Source: an uncultured Actinomycetes bacterium
GTDB lineage: Bacteria > Actinomycetota > UBA4738 > HRBIN12
NCBI GenBank assembly: GCA_963704725.1
Contig: OY969934.1
Span: forward strand, 608,001 to 672,000
Length of the DNA stretch: 64,000 bases
Direction: 5' to 3'
The translations under genes were made by a program, and so were the position numbers. The notes below the pieces were generated by a model, which ran no database searches, had not been told where the DNA came from, and was given only the letters and a program-made list of their open reading frames with translations. This document shows, piece by piece, positions 41,818 through 52,019 of the stretch; positions within the stretch are counted from its first letter, which is position 1; each line of letters opens with the position of its first letter.

Positions 41818-42770
41818 GCGGGCCCGGCGCGCGGCTCCACGGCCGGGGCAAGGTCCGCGACATCTACGACGTCGGGCAGGGCCGCCTGCTCCTGGTGGCG
41901 ACGGATCGCATCAGCGCGTTCGACGTCGTGCTGCCGAACCCGATCCCCGACAAGGGCCGGGTCCTCACCGGCACGACGCTGTTCTGGCTGGAACGGACGA
42001 GGGATCTGGTCGGCAACCACCTGATCAGCGCCGACCGCCGCGACTTCCCCGAGCCGTTCCGCAGCGAGCCCGTGCTCTCGGGGCGGGCGACGCTCGCGGT
42101 GAAGGCGGACGTCGTCCCGGTCGAGTGCGTGGCGCGCGGCTATCTCACGGGATCGGGGCTCAAGCAGTACCGCGCCGAAGGCCACGTGTGCGGCGTGCCC
42201 TTGCCGCCCGGCCTCGTCGAGGCCGATCGGCTGCCCGAGCCGATCTTCACTCCGACGACCAAGGCCGCGGCAGGGCACGATCTCCCGCTCACGTTCGACG
42301 AGACGGCCGACCTGGTGGGACGGGGCCTCGCCGAGCGGCTCCGCGAGCTCACGATCGCGCTGTACGAGCGCGGCGCCGAGATCGCGGCGGAGCGCGGCAT
42401 CATCGTGGCCGACACCAAGTTCGAGTTCGGCTTCGCCGGCGGCGAGCTGATCTTGATCGACGAGGTGCTCACGCCGGACTCCTCGAGGTTCTGGCCCGCC
42501 GACGGGTACGCGCCCGGTCGCGGCCAGCCCTCGTTCGACAAGCAGTTCGTCCGCGACTGGCTCGACGCGACGGGCTGGGATCACGAGCCTCCCCCGCCCG
42601 AGCTCCCCGAGGAGGTCGTCGATCGCACCGCGACGAAGTACCAGGAGGCGTACGAGCGGATCACCGGCGAGCGGTGGGACCACTACCGGCACAAGATGGG
42701 CGTGACGGCCGAGCGCGACCGGGAGCGGAGCGAGGCCGAGCTCGAGCGCCTGAGGACGGATCACGCGTGA
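41814..42770 (+). CDS. purC: SAICAR synthase
   Basis: GKVRDIY, TDRISAFD, ECVARGY, DTKFEFG, DEVLTPDSSRFW and SFDKQFVR. Confidence 0.97.
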   Translation: MSGPGARLHGRGKVRDIYDVGQGRLLLVATDRISAFDVVLPNPIPDKGRVLTGTTLFWLERTRDLVGNHLISADRRDFPEPFRSEPVLSGRATLAVKADVVPVECVARGYLTGSGLKQYRAEGHVCGVPLPPGLVEADRLPEPIFTPTTKAAAGHDLPLTFDETADLVGRGLAERLRELTIALYERGAEIAAERGIIVADTKFEFGFAGGELILIDEVLTPDSSRFWPADGYAPGRGQPSFDKQFVRDWLDATGWDHEPPPPELPEEVVDRTATKYQEAYERITGERWDHYRHKMGVTAERDRERSEAELERLRTDHA

Positions 42771-43027
42771 GGTACGCGTTCGAGGTCCTCGTCCGCCTCA
42801 AGCCCGGGCTGCTCGACCCCCAGGGCAAGGCCGTGGAGGGCTCGCTTCCGGCCATGGGGTGGACGAACGTGTCCGGGGTCCGCGTGGGCAAGCACGTGGA
42901 GCTGACCGTCGAGGCGCCGAGCGAGGACGCCGCCCGGGCCCAGGTGCAGGAGATGGCTCGCCGGCTGCTCTCGAACCCCGTGATCGAGGACTTCCAGGTC
43001 GTGACGGCCGCCGAGGTCGCCGGGTGA
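42767..43027 (+). CDS. purS: FGAM synthase subunit PurS
   Basis: LKPGLLDPQGKAV, VRVGK and LLSNPVIEDF. Confidence 0.96.
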   Translation: MRYAFEVLVRLKPGLLDPQGKAVEGSLPAMGWTNVSGVRVGKHVELTVEAPSEDAARAQVQEMARRLLSNPVIEDFQVVTAAEVAG

Positions 43028-43743
43028 GCGAGCCGATGCCGCGGGTCGGCGTCGTGACCTTCCCCGGGTCGCTCGACGATCGCGACGCGCTCCGCGCCGT
43101 CCGGAGCATGGGCGGCGAGGGGGTTCGCCTGTGGCACGCCGACCGCGACCTCCGCGGCGTCGACGCGGTGATCCTGCCCGGCGGGTTCTCCTACGGCGAC
43201 TACCTCCGCACGGGGGCCATCGCCCGGTTCGCGCCCGTGATGGACGAGGTGCGGACGTTCGCCGAGGGCGGTGGGCCCGTGCTCGGCATCTGCAACGGAT
43301 TCCAGATCCTGTGCGAGGCGGGCCTGCTGCCCGGCGCGCTGATCCGCAACCGGGGCCTCCGGTTCGTGTGCCGATGGGTCCACGTCCGCGTCGAGACCAC
43401 CCTGTCGCCGATCACCGCCGGTCTCGTCCCCGGCGAGGTGCTGCACGTCCCGGTCAAGCACGGCGAGGGGCAGTTCGTGGCGCGGGAGGACGACCTCAGG
43501 CGGATCGAGGGGGATGGGCTCGTCGTCCTGCGGTACTGCGACCACGACGGGGCGCTCGACGACGCCCACAACGTGAACGGGAGCACGGCGGCGATCGCCG
43601 GCGTTCGGAACGAGGCCGGCAACGTCGTCGGTCTCATGCCGCATCCCGAGCATGCCGTCGACCCCGACGTGGGCCTCACCGGCGGCCAGCCGATGTTCGC
43701 CGCCCTGCTCGAGGCCGCCCTGGCCCGGGTGTCCGCGGCGTGA
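43024..43743 (+). CDS. purQ: FGAM synthase glutaminase subunit PurQ
   Basis: FPGS, PGGFSYGDYLR, GICNGFQ and MPHPE. Confidence 0.97.
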   Translation: MSEPMPRVGVVTFPGSLDDRDALRAVRSMGGEGVRLWHADRDLRGVDAVILPGGFSYGDYLRTGAIARFAPVMDEVRTFAEGGGPVLGICNGFQILCEAGLLPGALIRNRGLRFVCRWVHVRVETTLSPITAGLVPGEVLHVPVKHGEGQFVAREDDLRRIEGDGLVVLRYCDHDGALDDAHNVNGSTAAIAGVRNEAGNVVGLMPHPEHAVDPDVGLTGGQPMFAALLEAALARVSAA

Positions 43744-45938
43744 GCTCGGCCGGCCCGCTGCACCGGCAGCTCGGCCTCACCGACGACGAGCTCGAACGGA
43801 TCGTCTCGACGCTCGGCCGGGAGCCGAACCGCGCCGAGCTCGCGATGTACTCAGTGATGTGGTCGGAGCACTGCTCGTACAAGAGCTCGAAGGTCCACCT
43901 GCGGAACCTGCCGACGGAGGGCCCGGCGGTGCTCGTCGGGCCGGGGCAGGACGCCGGAGCCGTCGACGCCGGCGACGGGCTGGCCGTGGTGTTCAAGATG
44001 GAGTCGCACTCCCATCCCAGCGCCGTCGAGCCGTATCAGGGCGCCGCGACCGGCGTCGGGGGGATCGTCCGCGACATCATCGCCATGGGGGCGCGGCCGG
44101 TCGCGCTGCTGGACCCGCTCCGCTTCGGACCGCTGACGGAGGAGCGCAACCGGTGGCTGTTGGACGGCGTGGTCGCCGGGATCGGCAGCTACGGCAACTG
44201 CATCGGCGTCCCCACGGTCGGCGGCGAGGTGCATTTCGCCACGCCGCACTCCGCGAACCCCACCGTCAACGTGATGTGCGTGGGCGTCGCCCCCGCCGAC
44301 CGGCTGGTCACATCCGCGCGCGAGGTGCACGAGGGCTCGGTGCTCGTGCTGTTCGGCGCCGCCACCGGCCGCGACGGGATCGGCGGGGTGTCGGTGCTGG
44401 CCTCCCGGACGATCGAGGACGACGCGGCCGAGAGCCGCCCGAGCGTGCAGATCGGAGACCCGTTCGCCGGCAAGCTGCTGATCGAGGCGTCGCTCGAGAT
44501 GGTCGAGCGCGACCTGCTCGAGGGGCTGCAGGACCTGGGCGGCGCCGGCCTGACCTGCGCGACCAGCGAGTCGGCGGCGAGGGCGCGGTTGGGGGCGGAG
44601 ATCGACCTCGACGCGGTGCCGCTGCGCGAGCCCGACCTCGAGGCGTTCGAGATCCTGACGAGCGAGTCGCAGGAACGGATGCTCGCGATCGTCGACCCCC
44701 ACCGGGTGGAGGACGTCCGGGGTGTCTGCGTCAGGTGGGGTCTCGCGTCGGCCGTGATCGGCAGCCTGGTGCCGGGAGGGCGTCTCGCCATCCGGCTCCG
44801 TGGCTCCGTCGTGGCCGACGTGCCCGCGCGATCGCTCGCCGACGAGGCCCCCGTGTACACGCGCCCGATGTCGCCGCCACCGGAGCGGGACGATCTCGTC
44901 ACCGACGACCCGACGTTCGCGACGTTCCCGATCTCGCCCGGCGACGCGCTGCTCGCCGTGCTCGGCTCGCCGAACGTGTCGAGCAAGCGCTGGGTTTGGG
45001 AGCAGTACGACTCGATCGTGCAGGGCGGGACCGTGATCGGCCCGGGCGGCGACGCCGCGCTCATCCGCATCGAGGGCACCCTGAAGGCGCTGGCGCTCTC
45101 GTGCGACGGGAAGGGACGGTTCGGCGTCCTGGATCCGTACCTCGGAGCCGCCCACGCCGTGGCCGAGGCCGCTCGAAACGTCGCCTGTACCGGCTCCAAG
45201 CCGGTCGCCGTCACGAACTGCCTGAACTTCGGCAACCCCGAGCGGCCGGAGGTCATGTGGCAGTTCGCGGAGACGATCCGCGGGATGGCGGACGCGTGCC
45301 GCGCGTTCGAGACGCCGGTGACGGGGGGCAACGTGAGCTTCTACAACGAGTCCGGGGGCTCGGCGATCTGGCCGACGCCGGTGATCGGCATGCTCGGACT
45401 GATCGGCGACCACCGCCTCGCCGTGCGCTCGGCGTTCGTCGAGGGGATGGAGGTCTACCTGCTGGGCGAGACCTTCCCCGAGCTCGGCGGGTCCGAGCTC
45501 GCCGAGGTGGTGCTCGGCGTCGTGGCCGGCCGGCCGCCGGCCCTGGACCTCGAGCGGGAGCGGTCGCTGCATCGGTTCTTGGTCGAGGCGGCCCGGTCGG
45601 ACCTGCTGGCCTCCGCCCACGACTGCGGCGACGGCGGCATCGCCGTGGCGCTCGCCGAGTCGGCGATCGTCGGCGGGACCGGCTTCGCCGTGTCGCTGCC
45701 GGGCGATCTGCCGCCCCACGTGGCGCTGTTCAGCGAGACGCCCTCCCGGGCGGTCGTGACCGTGCCGGAGGATCGGGCCTCCAAGCTCGAGGAGCTGGCC
45801 GCAGCCCTGCGCGTTCCGTTCTCGCGGCTGGGGGAGACGGGCGGGCCGAGGATGGTCGTCGACGACGCCGTGGACCTGGTCGTCGAGGAGGCCGCCGCGG
45901 CGTACGAGGACGCCCTTCCCAAGCTGCTCGCGGGGTAG
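43740..45938 (+). CDS. purL: FGAM synthase subunit PurL
   Basis: WSEHCSYK, ESH.HPS, GAATGVGGI.RDI, QDLG.AG, SESQERM, LNFGNPE and GGNVSFYN. Confidence 0.98.
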   Translation: MSSAGPLHRQLGLTDDELERIVSTLGREPNRAELAMYSVMWSEHCSYKSSKVHLRNLPTEGPAVLVGPGQDAGAVDAGDGLAVVFKMESHSHPSAVEPYQGAATGVGGIVRDIIAMGARPVALLDPLRFGPLTEERNRWLLDGVVAGIGSYGNCIGVPTVGGEVHFATPHSANPTVNVMCVGVAPADRLVTSAREVHEGSVLVLFGAATGRDGIGGVSVLASRTIEDDAAESRPSVQIGDPFAGKLLIEASLEMVERDLLEGLQDLGGAGLTCATSESAARARLGAEIDLDAVPLREPDLEAFEILTSESQERMLAIVDPHRVEDVRGVCVRWGLASAVIGSLVPGGRLAIRLRGSVVADVPARSLADEAPVYTRPMSPPPERDDLVTDDPTFATFPISPGDALLAVLGSPNVSSKRWVWEQYDSIVQGGTVIGPGGDAALIRIEGTLKALALSCDGKGRFGVLDPYLGAAHAVAEAARNVACTGSKPVAVTNCLNFGNPERPEVMWQFAETIRGMADACRAFETPVTGGNVSFYNESGGSAIWPTPVIGMLGLIGDHRLAVRSAFVEGMEVYLLGETFPELGGSELAEVVLGVVAGRPPALDLERERSLHRFLVEAARSDLLASAHDCGDGGIAVALAESAIVGGTGFAVSLPGDLPPHVALFSETPSRAVVTVPEDRASKLEELAAALRVPFSRLGETGGPRMVVDDAVDLVVEEAAAAYEDALPKLLAG

Positions 45939-45970
45939 CGGGGCTCGCGCCGCCATGATGTGATGGGCTC

Positions 45971-47032
45971 GTGACGGACGCCGAGGGCATCTCGCGGGAG
46001 GAGCTGCAGCTCGCCGCGCGCAACCACGGGATGCCGCTCGAGGCGCTCCGCTACGACGTGACGCCCGCCGGGCTGCACTACCTCCTGATCCACTACGACA
46101 TCCCGGACGTGGAGCCCGAGACATGGCGACTCCAGATCGGCGGTGCCGTGACCCGCCCGGCCGAGCTGTCGCTGCAGCAGCTGCGAACGAGGTCCGCCGT
46201 CACGCGGGCGGCGACGCTCGAGTGCGCGGGCAACGGACGCGCGCTGCTCGAGCCGCGTCCGGTGAGCCAACCGTGGCTCCTCGAGGCCGTGGGCAACGCG
46301 GCGTGGACGGGCGTGCCGCTGCGCGGGGTGCTCGAGGACTCGGGGGTCGAGGACGGGGCCGTCGAGGTCGTGTTCACGGGGCTCGACCGCGGCGTCGAGG
46401 GCGACGTTGAGCAGGACTACGAGCGGAGCCTCCCGCTCGGGGAGGCGATGCGCGAGGACGTGCTCCTCGCGTACGAGATGAACGGGCATCCGCTGCTCCC
46501 GCAGCACGGGTTCCCGCTCCGTCTCGTGGTCCCCGGCTGGTACGGGATGACGCACGTGAAATGGCTCTCGCGCATCACGGTGCTCACGGAGCCGTTCCGG
46601 GGGTACCAGCAGTCGCGTGGCTACCGGCTCCGGTCCGACCCCGACGAGCTCGGCGAGCCAGTGACCCGGATCCGCCCGAGGAGCCTCATGGTCCCGCCGG
46701 GAATCCCGGACTTCATGACGCGACGCAGGATCGTGGACGCCGGGGCGCACACGATCCGGGGTCGCGCCTGGTCGGGACGAGCCCCCATCGAGCGCGTCGA
46801 GTTCAGCGACGACGGCGGCCGGACGTGGTGGGACGCGACCCTGGACGACTCGCCCGACGACGCGTTCGCGTGGCGAGGGTGGTCCTTCGCGTGGCACGCC
46901 GGCCCGGGCGAGCGCATCCTGAGCTGCCGCGCCACCGACGCGACCGGCGAGACTCAGCCGTCGGAGCCGACCTGGAACGTCGGCGGCTACGTGAACAACG
47001 CCGTTCAGCGCGTCCTCGCGCTCGTGCGTTGA
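45971..47032 (+). CDS. Sulfite oxidase-family molybdopterin oxidoreductase
   Basis: RNHG.PLE, LECAGNGR (Mo-ligating Cys), HGFPLRLVVPGWYG...VKWL and a C-terminal dimerisation domain. Confidence 0.92.
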   Translation: MTDAEGISREELQLAARNHGMPLEALRYDVTPAGLHYLLIHYDIPDVEPETWRLQIGGAVTRPAELSLQQLRTRSAVTRAATLECAGNGRALLEPRPVSQPWLLEAVGNAAWTGVPLRGVLEDSGVEDGAVEVVFTGLDRGVEGDVEQDYERSLPLGEAMREDVLLAYEMNGHPLLPQHGFPLRLVVPGWYGMTHVKWLSRITVLTEPFRGYQQSRGYRLRSDPDELGEPVTRIRPRSLMVPPGIPDFMTRRRIVDAGAHTIRGRAWSGRAPIERVEFSDDGGRTWWDATLDDSPDDAFAWRGWSFAWHAGPGERILSCRATDATGETQPSEPTWNVGGYVNNAVQRVLALVR

Positions 47033-47904
47033 ACCAACGTGCGGCTGCCACGGTCGCCGCCGTCCTTGCAGCGGCGCTCCTGTCGGCCTGCGATCCGCTG
47101 GGGATCGCCGATACTCCCGGTCAGGCTGTGGTCACCATGACCATCCGGGGCGGTGGAGGCGCATCCCTGCAGGTGGAGCTGGGGCACGTCTCCGACGACG
47201 GGTTGATCCGCGCGATCACCGGCGACGTGGCGGCCGCCCTCTTCCCGAGTCCGGTTCGTTGGGAGGCGTCGATCGACGAGAACGACGGGGGTTGGAACTT
47301 CGGCGCGGTGGCGATCGAGGCCTTCTATCGGCCTGCGTCGCGGGTCACGCTCCGAGTCGAGACGACACCACTCGCACCTGCCCTCGCGGCCTGGGGCTAT
47401 CACTCGATCCGGCTGTTCCTCTGCCTCCCCCACGTCGATTCCCGCCTCGTCGCCTCAGTGCGGGGGGTCGCATCTGGGAGTTGCCGCCGGTGGGATCTCG
47501 GCGGCGAGGTAGCGGCTCCGGCGATCGTCGTGACGATGGAGCCGGATGCCGTCCGTGGTTGGGTCGTGTTCGGCGCCACGGTCGCATCGCTCGCCTCGGT
47601 CGCCATCTGCTGGATCCTCTGGGCCGGTGCGCGCCGTCTGGCCAGGGCGTGGCTGATCCTCGTCACCGGCGCCCTCGGGATTTTGGCGCCAATCGCCGCC
47701 GGCGCGGTGTCGGGCGGCAGCATCGACCACCTCGCGGTATCTGGCGCCATCACGGGCGGGATCGAGTCGGTCGCGCGGGTGGTGGATGGCCTCGGCGTGG
47801 CCGTCGCGTTGCTGGGCGGGGTCGGCGGGTTCGTCGCGGGCCTCCATGCAGTAACCGACGCGCGCAACACGCGTGCTCGATCGGCACTCCCGCCACCCCC
47901 GTAG
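47029..47904 (+). CDS. Putative lipoprotein with C-terminal TM segments, unknown function
   Basis: TTG start overlapping the upstream stop, lipobox LLSA-C, three C-terminal TM helices. Codon usage is visibly less GC3-biased than its neighbours. Confidence 0.6.
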   Translation: MNQRAAATVAAVLAAALLSACDPLGIADTPGQAVVTMTIRGGGGASLQVELGHVSDDGLIRAITGDVAAALFPSPVRWEASIDENDGGWNFGAVAIEAFYRPASRVTLRVETTPLAPALAAWGYHSIRLFLCLPHVDSRLVASVRGVASGSCRRWDLGGEVAAPAIVVTMEPDAVRGWVVFGATVASLASVAICWILWAGARRLARAWLILVTGALGILAPIAAGAVSGGSIDHLAVSGAITGGIESVARVVDGLGVAVALLGGVGGFVAGLHAVTDARNTRARSALPPPP

Positions 47905-47981
47905 TCCTTTCGAGAAAGGCCGACAAGACCGACCTCCCGTTCCCGGTTGCGCAGAAGGCCGGTGCTAGCATCGGCGAACCG

Positions 47982-49382
47982 GTGGGGGCGGAGAGTCCGA
48001 AGGACGAGTGCGGCCTGTTCGGGGTATGGGCCCCGGGCGAGGACGTGGCCCGCCTGATCTACTTCGGGCTGTTCGCGCAGCAGCACCGGGGGCAGGAGTC
48101 CGCCGGGATGGCGGTCTCCGACGGCGAGCACCTTCTCGTGTTCAAGGAGCTCGGGCTCGTCGCGCAGGTGTTCAACGAGTCGACCCTGGCCACGCTGCAG
48201 GGCGACCTCGGGATCGGCCACAACCGCTACTCGACGACCGGGTCGACCACGTGGGAGAACGCGCAGCCGGCGTTCAAGACCGACGGGCATCGCTCCATCG
48301 CGATGGGACACAACGGCAACCTGGTGAACACGCTCGAGCTCGCCGAGCGTGCGGGGCGCAGCGGGGCCGCGACGACGGACTCCGATCTCGTCGCCACGCT
48401 CCTCGCGTCCCGGTCCTTCGAGGGGCTCGAGCCCGCCGCGCTCGAGATCCTGCCCACGCTCGAGGGCGCGTTCTCCTTCGTCCTGATGGACGAGCGGAGC
48501 CTGTTCGCGGCCCGGGACCCACACGGGCTCCGGCCGCTGTCGATCGGGCGACTGCCGAACGGGTTCGTCGTGGCCTCCGAGACCTGCGCACTCGACATCG
48601 TCGGAGCGGTGTTCCTGCGCGACGTGGAGCCGGGCGAGCTCGTGCGCATCGACGACCGGGGCCTGCACTCGGAGCGCTTCGCCGAGAGCCCTCGGAGCGC
48701 GCTCTGCATCTTCGAGTACGTCTACCTGGCGCGCGCCGACTCGAGGATCCGGGGGCGGACGGTCTACGAGGTGCGCCGGGAGCTGGGGCGGCGGCTTGCC
48801 GCCGAGGCTCCGGCGGAGGGCGACCTCGTCATGCCGGTACCCGACACCGGTCACGCCGCGGCCGCCGGCTACGCCGAGGTCTCGGGGATCCCCTACGGCG
48901 AGGGGCTGATCAAGAACCGCTACGTGGGAAGGACGTTCATCCAACCCTCGCAGGCCCTGCGCGAGCGCGGGGTCAAGCTCAAGCTCAATCCGATCCCGGA
49001 GACGATCCGCGGGAAGCGGCTCGTCGTGATCGACGACTCGATCGTGCGCGGCACGACCACGCGCCAGCTCGTCCAGGCGCTGCGCGAGGCGGGCGCCGCC
49101 GAGGTCCACACCCGGATCACGTGCCCGCCGATCCAGTGGCCGTGCTTCTACGGGATCGACATGTCGACGCGCACCGAGCTGATCGCGTCCGATCTCGCGG
49201 TGGAGGAGATCCGCCGGTACGTGGGGGCCGACTCGCTCGGATACCTCTCCCTCGACGGTATGGTGGCGGCGACGGGGCAGGACAAGGGCGGGTTCTGCCG
49301 CGCGTGCTTCGACGGCGACTACCCCATCCCGATCCCGGAGCGCGCCGGCAAGTTCCTGCTCGAGCACCCGGCCAAGTCGTGA
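47982..49382 (+). CDS. purF: Amidophosphoribosyltransferase
   Basis: Short propeptide then ECGLFG, QHRGQESAG, GH.RYST, HNGNL, VIDDSIVRGTT, PCFYGID and C.ACF.G.YP. Confidence 0.98.
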   Translation: MGAESPKDECGLFGVWAPGEDVARLIYFGLFAQQHRGQESAGMAVSDGEHLLVFKELGLVAQVFNESTLATLQGDLGIGHNRYSTTGSTTWENAQPAFKTDGHRSIAMGHNGNLVNTLELAERAGRSGAATTDSDLVATLLASRSFEGLEPAALEILPTLEGAFSFVLMDERSLFAARDPHGLRPLSIGRLPNGFVVASETCALDIVGAVFLRDVEPGELVRIDDRGLHSERFAESPRSALCIFEYVYLARADSRIRGRTVYEVRRELGRRLAAEAPAEGDLVMPVPDTGHAAAAGYAEVSGIPYGEGLIKNRYVGRTFIQPSQALRERGVKLKLNPIPETIRGKRLVVIDDSIVRGTTTRQLVQALREAGAAEVHTRITCPPIQWPCFYGIDMSTRTELIASDLAVEEIRRYVGADSLGYLSLDGMVAATGQDKGGFCRACFDGDYPIPIPERAGKFLLEHPAKS

Positions 49383-50437
49383 GCGGGGGTTCCGAGGCTC
49401 GAGGGGCCGGCGTGGCCCCCGACACGAGCGAGGCGTACCGGAGGGCCGGCGTCGACCTCGACGCGGCGGCCGAGGCCGTCGGCCGCATCCGGGAGATCGC
49501 CGCGGGGGCGTCCCGTCCCGAGGTCGCCGAGGGCGTGGGCGGGTTCGCGGGGCTGTTCCGGATCGGCCCCGACCGATACCTGGCGGCCGCGACGGACGGC
49601 GTGGGGACCAAGCTCGAGGTCGCGCGGATGGCCGGCCGTCTGTACACCGTGGGGATCGACCTCGTGGCCATGTGCGCCGACGACGTCGTCTGCACCGGCG
49701 CCGAGCCGTGGTTCTTCCTCGACTACCTGGCCGTCGGCGCACTCGTGCCGGAGGACGCCGCGGCGATCGTCGAGGGCGTCGCCGAGGGGTGTCGCCGGGC
49801 GGGATGCGCGCTGCTCGGCGGCGAGACCGCCGAGCATCCCGGCACGATGGCGAAGGGGCGGTTCGACCTGGCCGGGTTCTGCGTCGGAGCGGTCGACGGG
49901 CCGAACCTCCTCGGCCCCCACCGCGTCGTCGAGGGCGACGCGCTCGTCGGTCTCGCCTCGAGCGGCCTGCACGCGAACGGGTTCTCGCTGGTCCGGCGGG
50001 CGCTGTTCGAGGACGCGGGCTACGCGCTCGAGGACGAGCTGCCGCGCCTGGGTCGCCCGCTCGTGGACGAGCTGCTCGAGCCGACGTCGATCTACGCGCG
50101 CTCGATCCTCGAGCTGGCGGGAGAGGGCCTCCTCCACGCCGTGGCCCACGTCACGGGCGGCGGGCTGGTCGAGAACGTCCCCCGGGTCCTGCCCGAAGGT
50201 CTCGGGGCCGAGATCCGCCCCGGCTCGTGGCCCGTCCCGCCCGTGTTCGAGCTGGTGGCCGAGGCCTCGGGCACCAGCGTGGAGGCCCTCCGATCGACCC
50301 TGAACCTCGGCGTCGGGATGGTCCTCGTCGTCCCCCGCGAGGTCGCCGGGGACGTGATCGGCAGGGCCGGGGTCCTCGGGACGTCGGCGTTCGAGATCGG
50401 GTCCGTGGTCGCCGGCGGCGGGATCCGATTCACGTGA
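49379..50437 (+). CDS. purM: AIR synthase (phosphoribosylformylglycinamidine cyclo-ligase)
   Basis: Y..AGVD, TDGVGTK, GIDLVAM, GGETAEHPG, SSGLH.NGFSL and HVTGGG. Confidence 0.97.
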   Translation: MSGGSEARGAGVAPDTSEAYRRAGVDLDAAAEAVGRIREIAAGASRPEVAEGVGGFAGLFRIGPDRYLAAATDGVGTKLEVARMAGRLYTVGIDLVAMCADDVVCTGAEPWFFLDYLAVGALVPEDAAAIVEGVAEGCRRAGCALLGGETAEHPGTMAKGRFDLAGFCVGAVDGPNLLGPHRVVEGDALVGLASSGLHANGFSLVRRALFEDAGYALEDELPRLGRPLVDELLEPTSIYARSILELAGEGLLHAVAHVTGGGLVENVPRVLPEGLGAEIRPGSWPVPPVFELVAEASGTSVEALRSTLNLGVGMVLVVPREVAGDVIGRAGVLGTSAFEIGSVVAGGGIRFT

Positions 50438-50580
50438 GGATGATGCGACTGCCGTGGAGTGACTAGTCCTGTGTGGTCCCGGGTGGGCCCGTCTCCGGTG
50501 GCGGGGGACGCCATCCGGACCTCGCAAACCGACTTCTGGCCCGGTGCTCGGAGTTCGGCTCCCGCCGATACCTACGTGGG

Positions 50581-50967
50581 ATGACGATGACGGAAACCGC
50601 GACCCGCGTGCTCGTCGTCGACGACGAGCCCCAGGTCGTGTGGATGCTGCAGTTCAGCCTGGAGGCCGAGGGCTACCAGACGTTCGCCGCTCGCGACGGG
50701 ATCGCGGCGCTCGAGGAGATCCGGGAGCACCGCCCGGAGCTGATGCTGCTCGACATCATGATGCCGCTCCTCGACGGGTGGAGCGTGCTCGAACGCCTGC
50801 GGGACCTCCCGGAGGACGAGCGTCCCCGCGTGGTCGTCGTCTCCGCCCGATCGAGCCTGCGCGACCGGGCGAAGGCTGCCGAGCTCGGCGCCGACGCCTT
50901 CGTGCCGAAGCCGTTCAGCGTCGACGACCTCATCCACGTCCTGCACGGTCTCGAGAAGGCCAGCTGA
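50581..50967 (+). CDS. Stand-alone response regulator receiver protein
   Basis: VLVVDDE, LLDIMMP.LDG, VSA and GADAFVPKPF; no output domain. Confidence 0.9.
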   Translation: MTMTETATRVLVVDDEPQVVWMLQFSLEAEGYQTFAARDGIAALEEIREHRPELMLLDIMMPLLDGWSVLERLRDLPEDERPRVVVVSARSSLRDRAKAAELGADAFVPKPFSVDDLIHVLHGLEKAS

Positions 50968-50970
50968 ACC

Positions 50971-51723
50971 TCAGCTCGTCCTGAGACCCGCCTCCGCCAG
51001 CAGCTCGAGCAGCGGCTCGAGCAGCTGCGGTGGGCTCGCGACCACGAGCTCGCCGCCGCCGGGCTGGGCGATGGTGCGCACGACGCCCCCGGCCGCCTCC
51101 ACGATGGCGCGTCCCCCGCACAGGTCCCACGGCGCGATGCCGACCTCGTAGTACGCGTCGACCTCACCGCTGGCGGCCGCGACGAGGTCCCACGCCGCCG
51201 AGCCCGTCCGGCGGATGTCCGCGATGCGCGGAAGGACGTGCGCGGCGACCCGGGCTTGCCGCTCGCGCTCGTCCGCCTGGTAGCCGAAGCCGGTGGCCAG
51301 GACGGACGTGGCCAGGTCCCGCCGCTCGGACGGTCGCGCCGGGCGGCCGCCCCGCAGCGCGCCGGCGCCGCGAACGCCCTCGGTCCGCACGCCGCGGGAG
51401 TCCACCACCACGCCGACGACGGCCTCGCCGTCGACCTCGACGCCGATCGAGACGCAGTAGCCGGGGTGACCCCGCACGTAGCTCGCCGTGCCGTCGAGGG
51501 GATCGATCACCCACCGCACGCCGGTCGTGCCGGCGCGGTCGGTGCCCTCCTCGCCCAGGATCGCGTCGTCCGGCCGCTCGGCGATGATCCCCGCGACGAT
51601 CTCGCGCTCGCTCGCCTTGTCGACGTCGGTGACGAGGTCGACCGGCGAGGACTTCTCGCTCACCGCGAACCCGCGCTCCCGGCCCTCGCGGTGGATCTCG
51701 GCCGCCCGCTCCGCGAGCCTCAC
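50971..51723 (-). CDS. Inositol monophosphatase family protein (SuhB-like); true start probably further upstream
   Basis: DLVT.VD, ILGEE, WVIDPLDGT, RR.GSAA.DL and PWD..G. Confidence 0.9.
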   Translation of the reverse strand: MRLAERAAEIHREGRERGFAVSEKSSPVDLVTDVDKASEREIVAGIIAERPDDAILGEEGTDRAGTTGVRWVIDPLDGTASYVRGHPGYCVSIGVEVDGEAVVGVVVDSRGVRTEGVRGAGALRGGRPARPSERRDLATSVLATGFGYQADERERQARVAAHVLPRIADIRRTGSAAWDLVAAASGEVDAYYEVGIAPWDLCGGRAIVEAAGGVVRTIAQPGGGELVVASPPQLLEPLLELLAEAGLRTS

Positions 51724-51784
51724 GGCCAGGTCTCTCAGCGGCTCGAGGTCAACGGGGGGAACGCCGGCGCTCCTTCGTCACTTC

Positions 51785-51994
51785 TCAGCCCTCCACGACC
51801 TTGCCGAAGCGGACGGCGCGGGCGGGGACGCGGGCCAGCTCGCCGCTCTTGCGCCGCACCACGTACGTCTCGGCGGCCGCGTCGAAGTACTCGAGGGTCC
51901 CCACGGCCTCGCCGACGAACCCGTTCGGCAGCTCGAACTGGAACGAGACGCGCCTGCCGACGTCGCCGGGTGTCACGAGGTTCTGCCCTCTCAC
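51785..51994 (-). CDS. Small beta-barrel (SH3-like) hypothetical protein
   Basis: DVGRRVS...G...EAVG.L...VVRRKSGE...VP...V.FGKVV resembles the N-terminal domain of Rv0428c-like actinobacterial proteins. TATCCT lies 7 nt before the GTG. Confidence 0.7.
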   Translation of the reverse strand: MRGQNLVTPGDVGRRVSFQFELPNGFVGEAVGTLEYFDAAAETYVVRRKSGELARVPARAVRFGKVVEG

Positions 51995-52019
51995 GGCGGC
52001 GAGGATACCGAACCGCCTC

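Noticed and set aside
50440-50580. Possible riboswitch (c-di-GMP-I-like fragments GGGACGC and GCAAACC) before the receiver gene
   Set aside because: The motifs are in the wrong order and the GNRA loop and receptor are missing. A plain imperfect hairpin after purM explains it.
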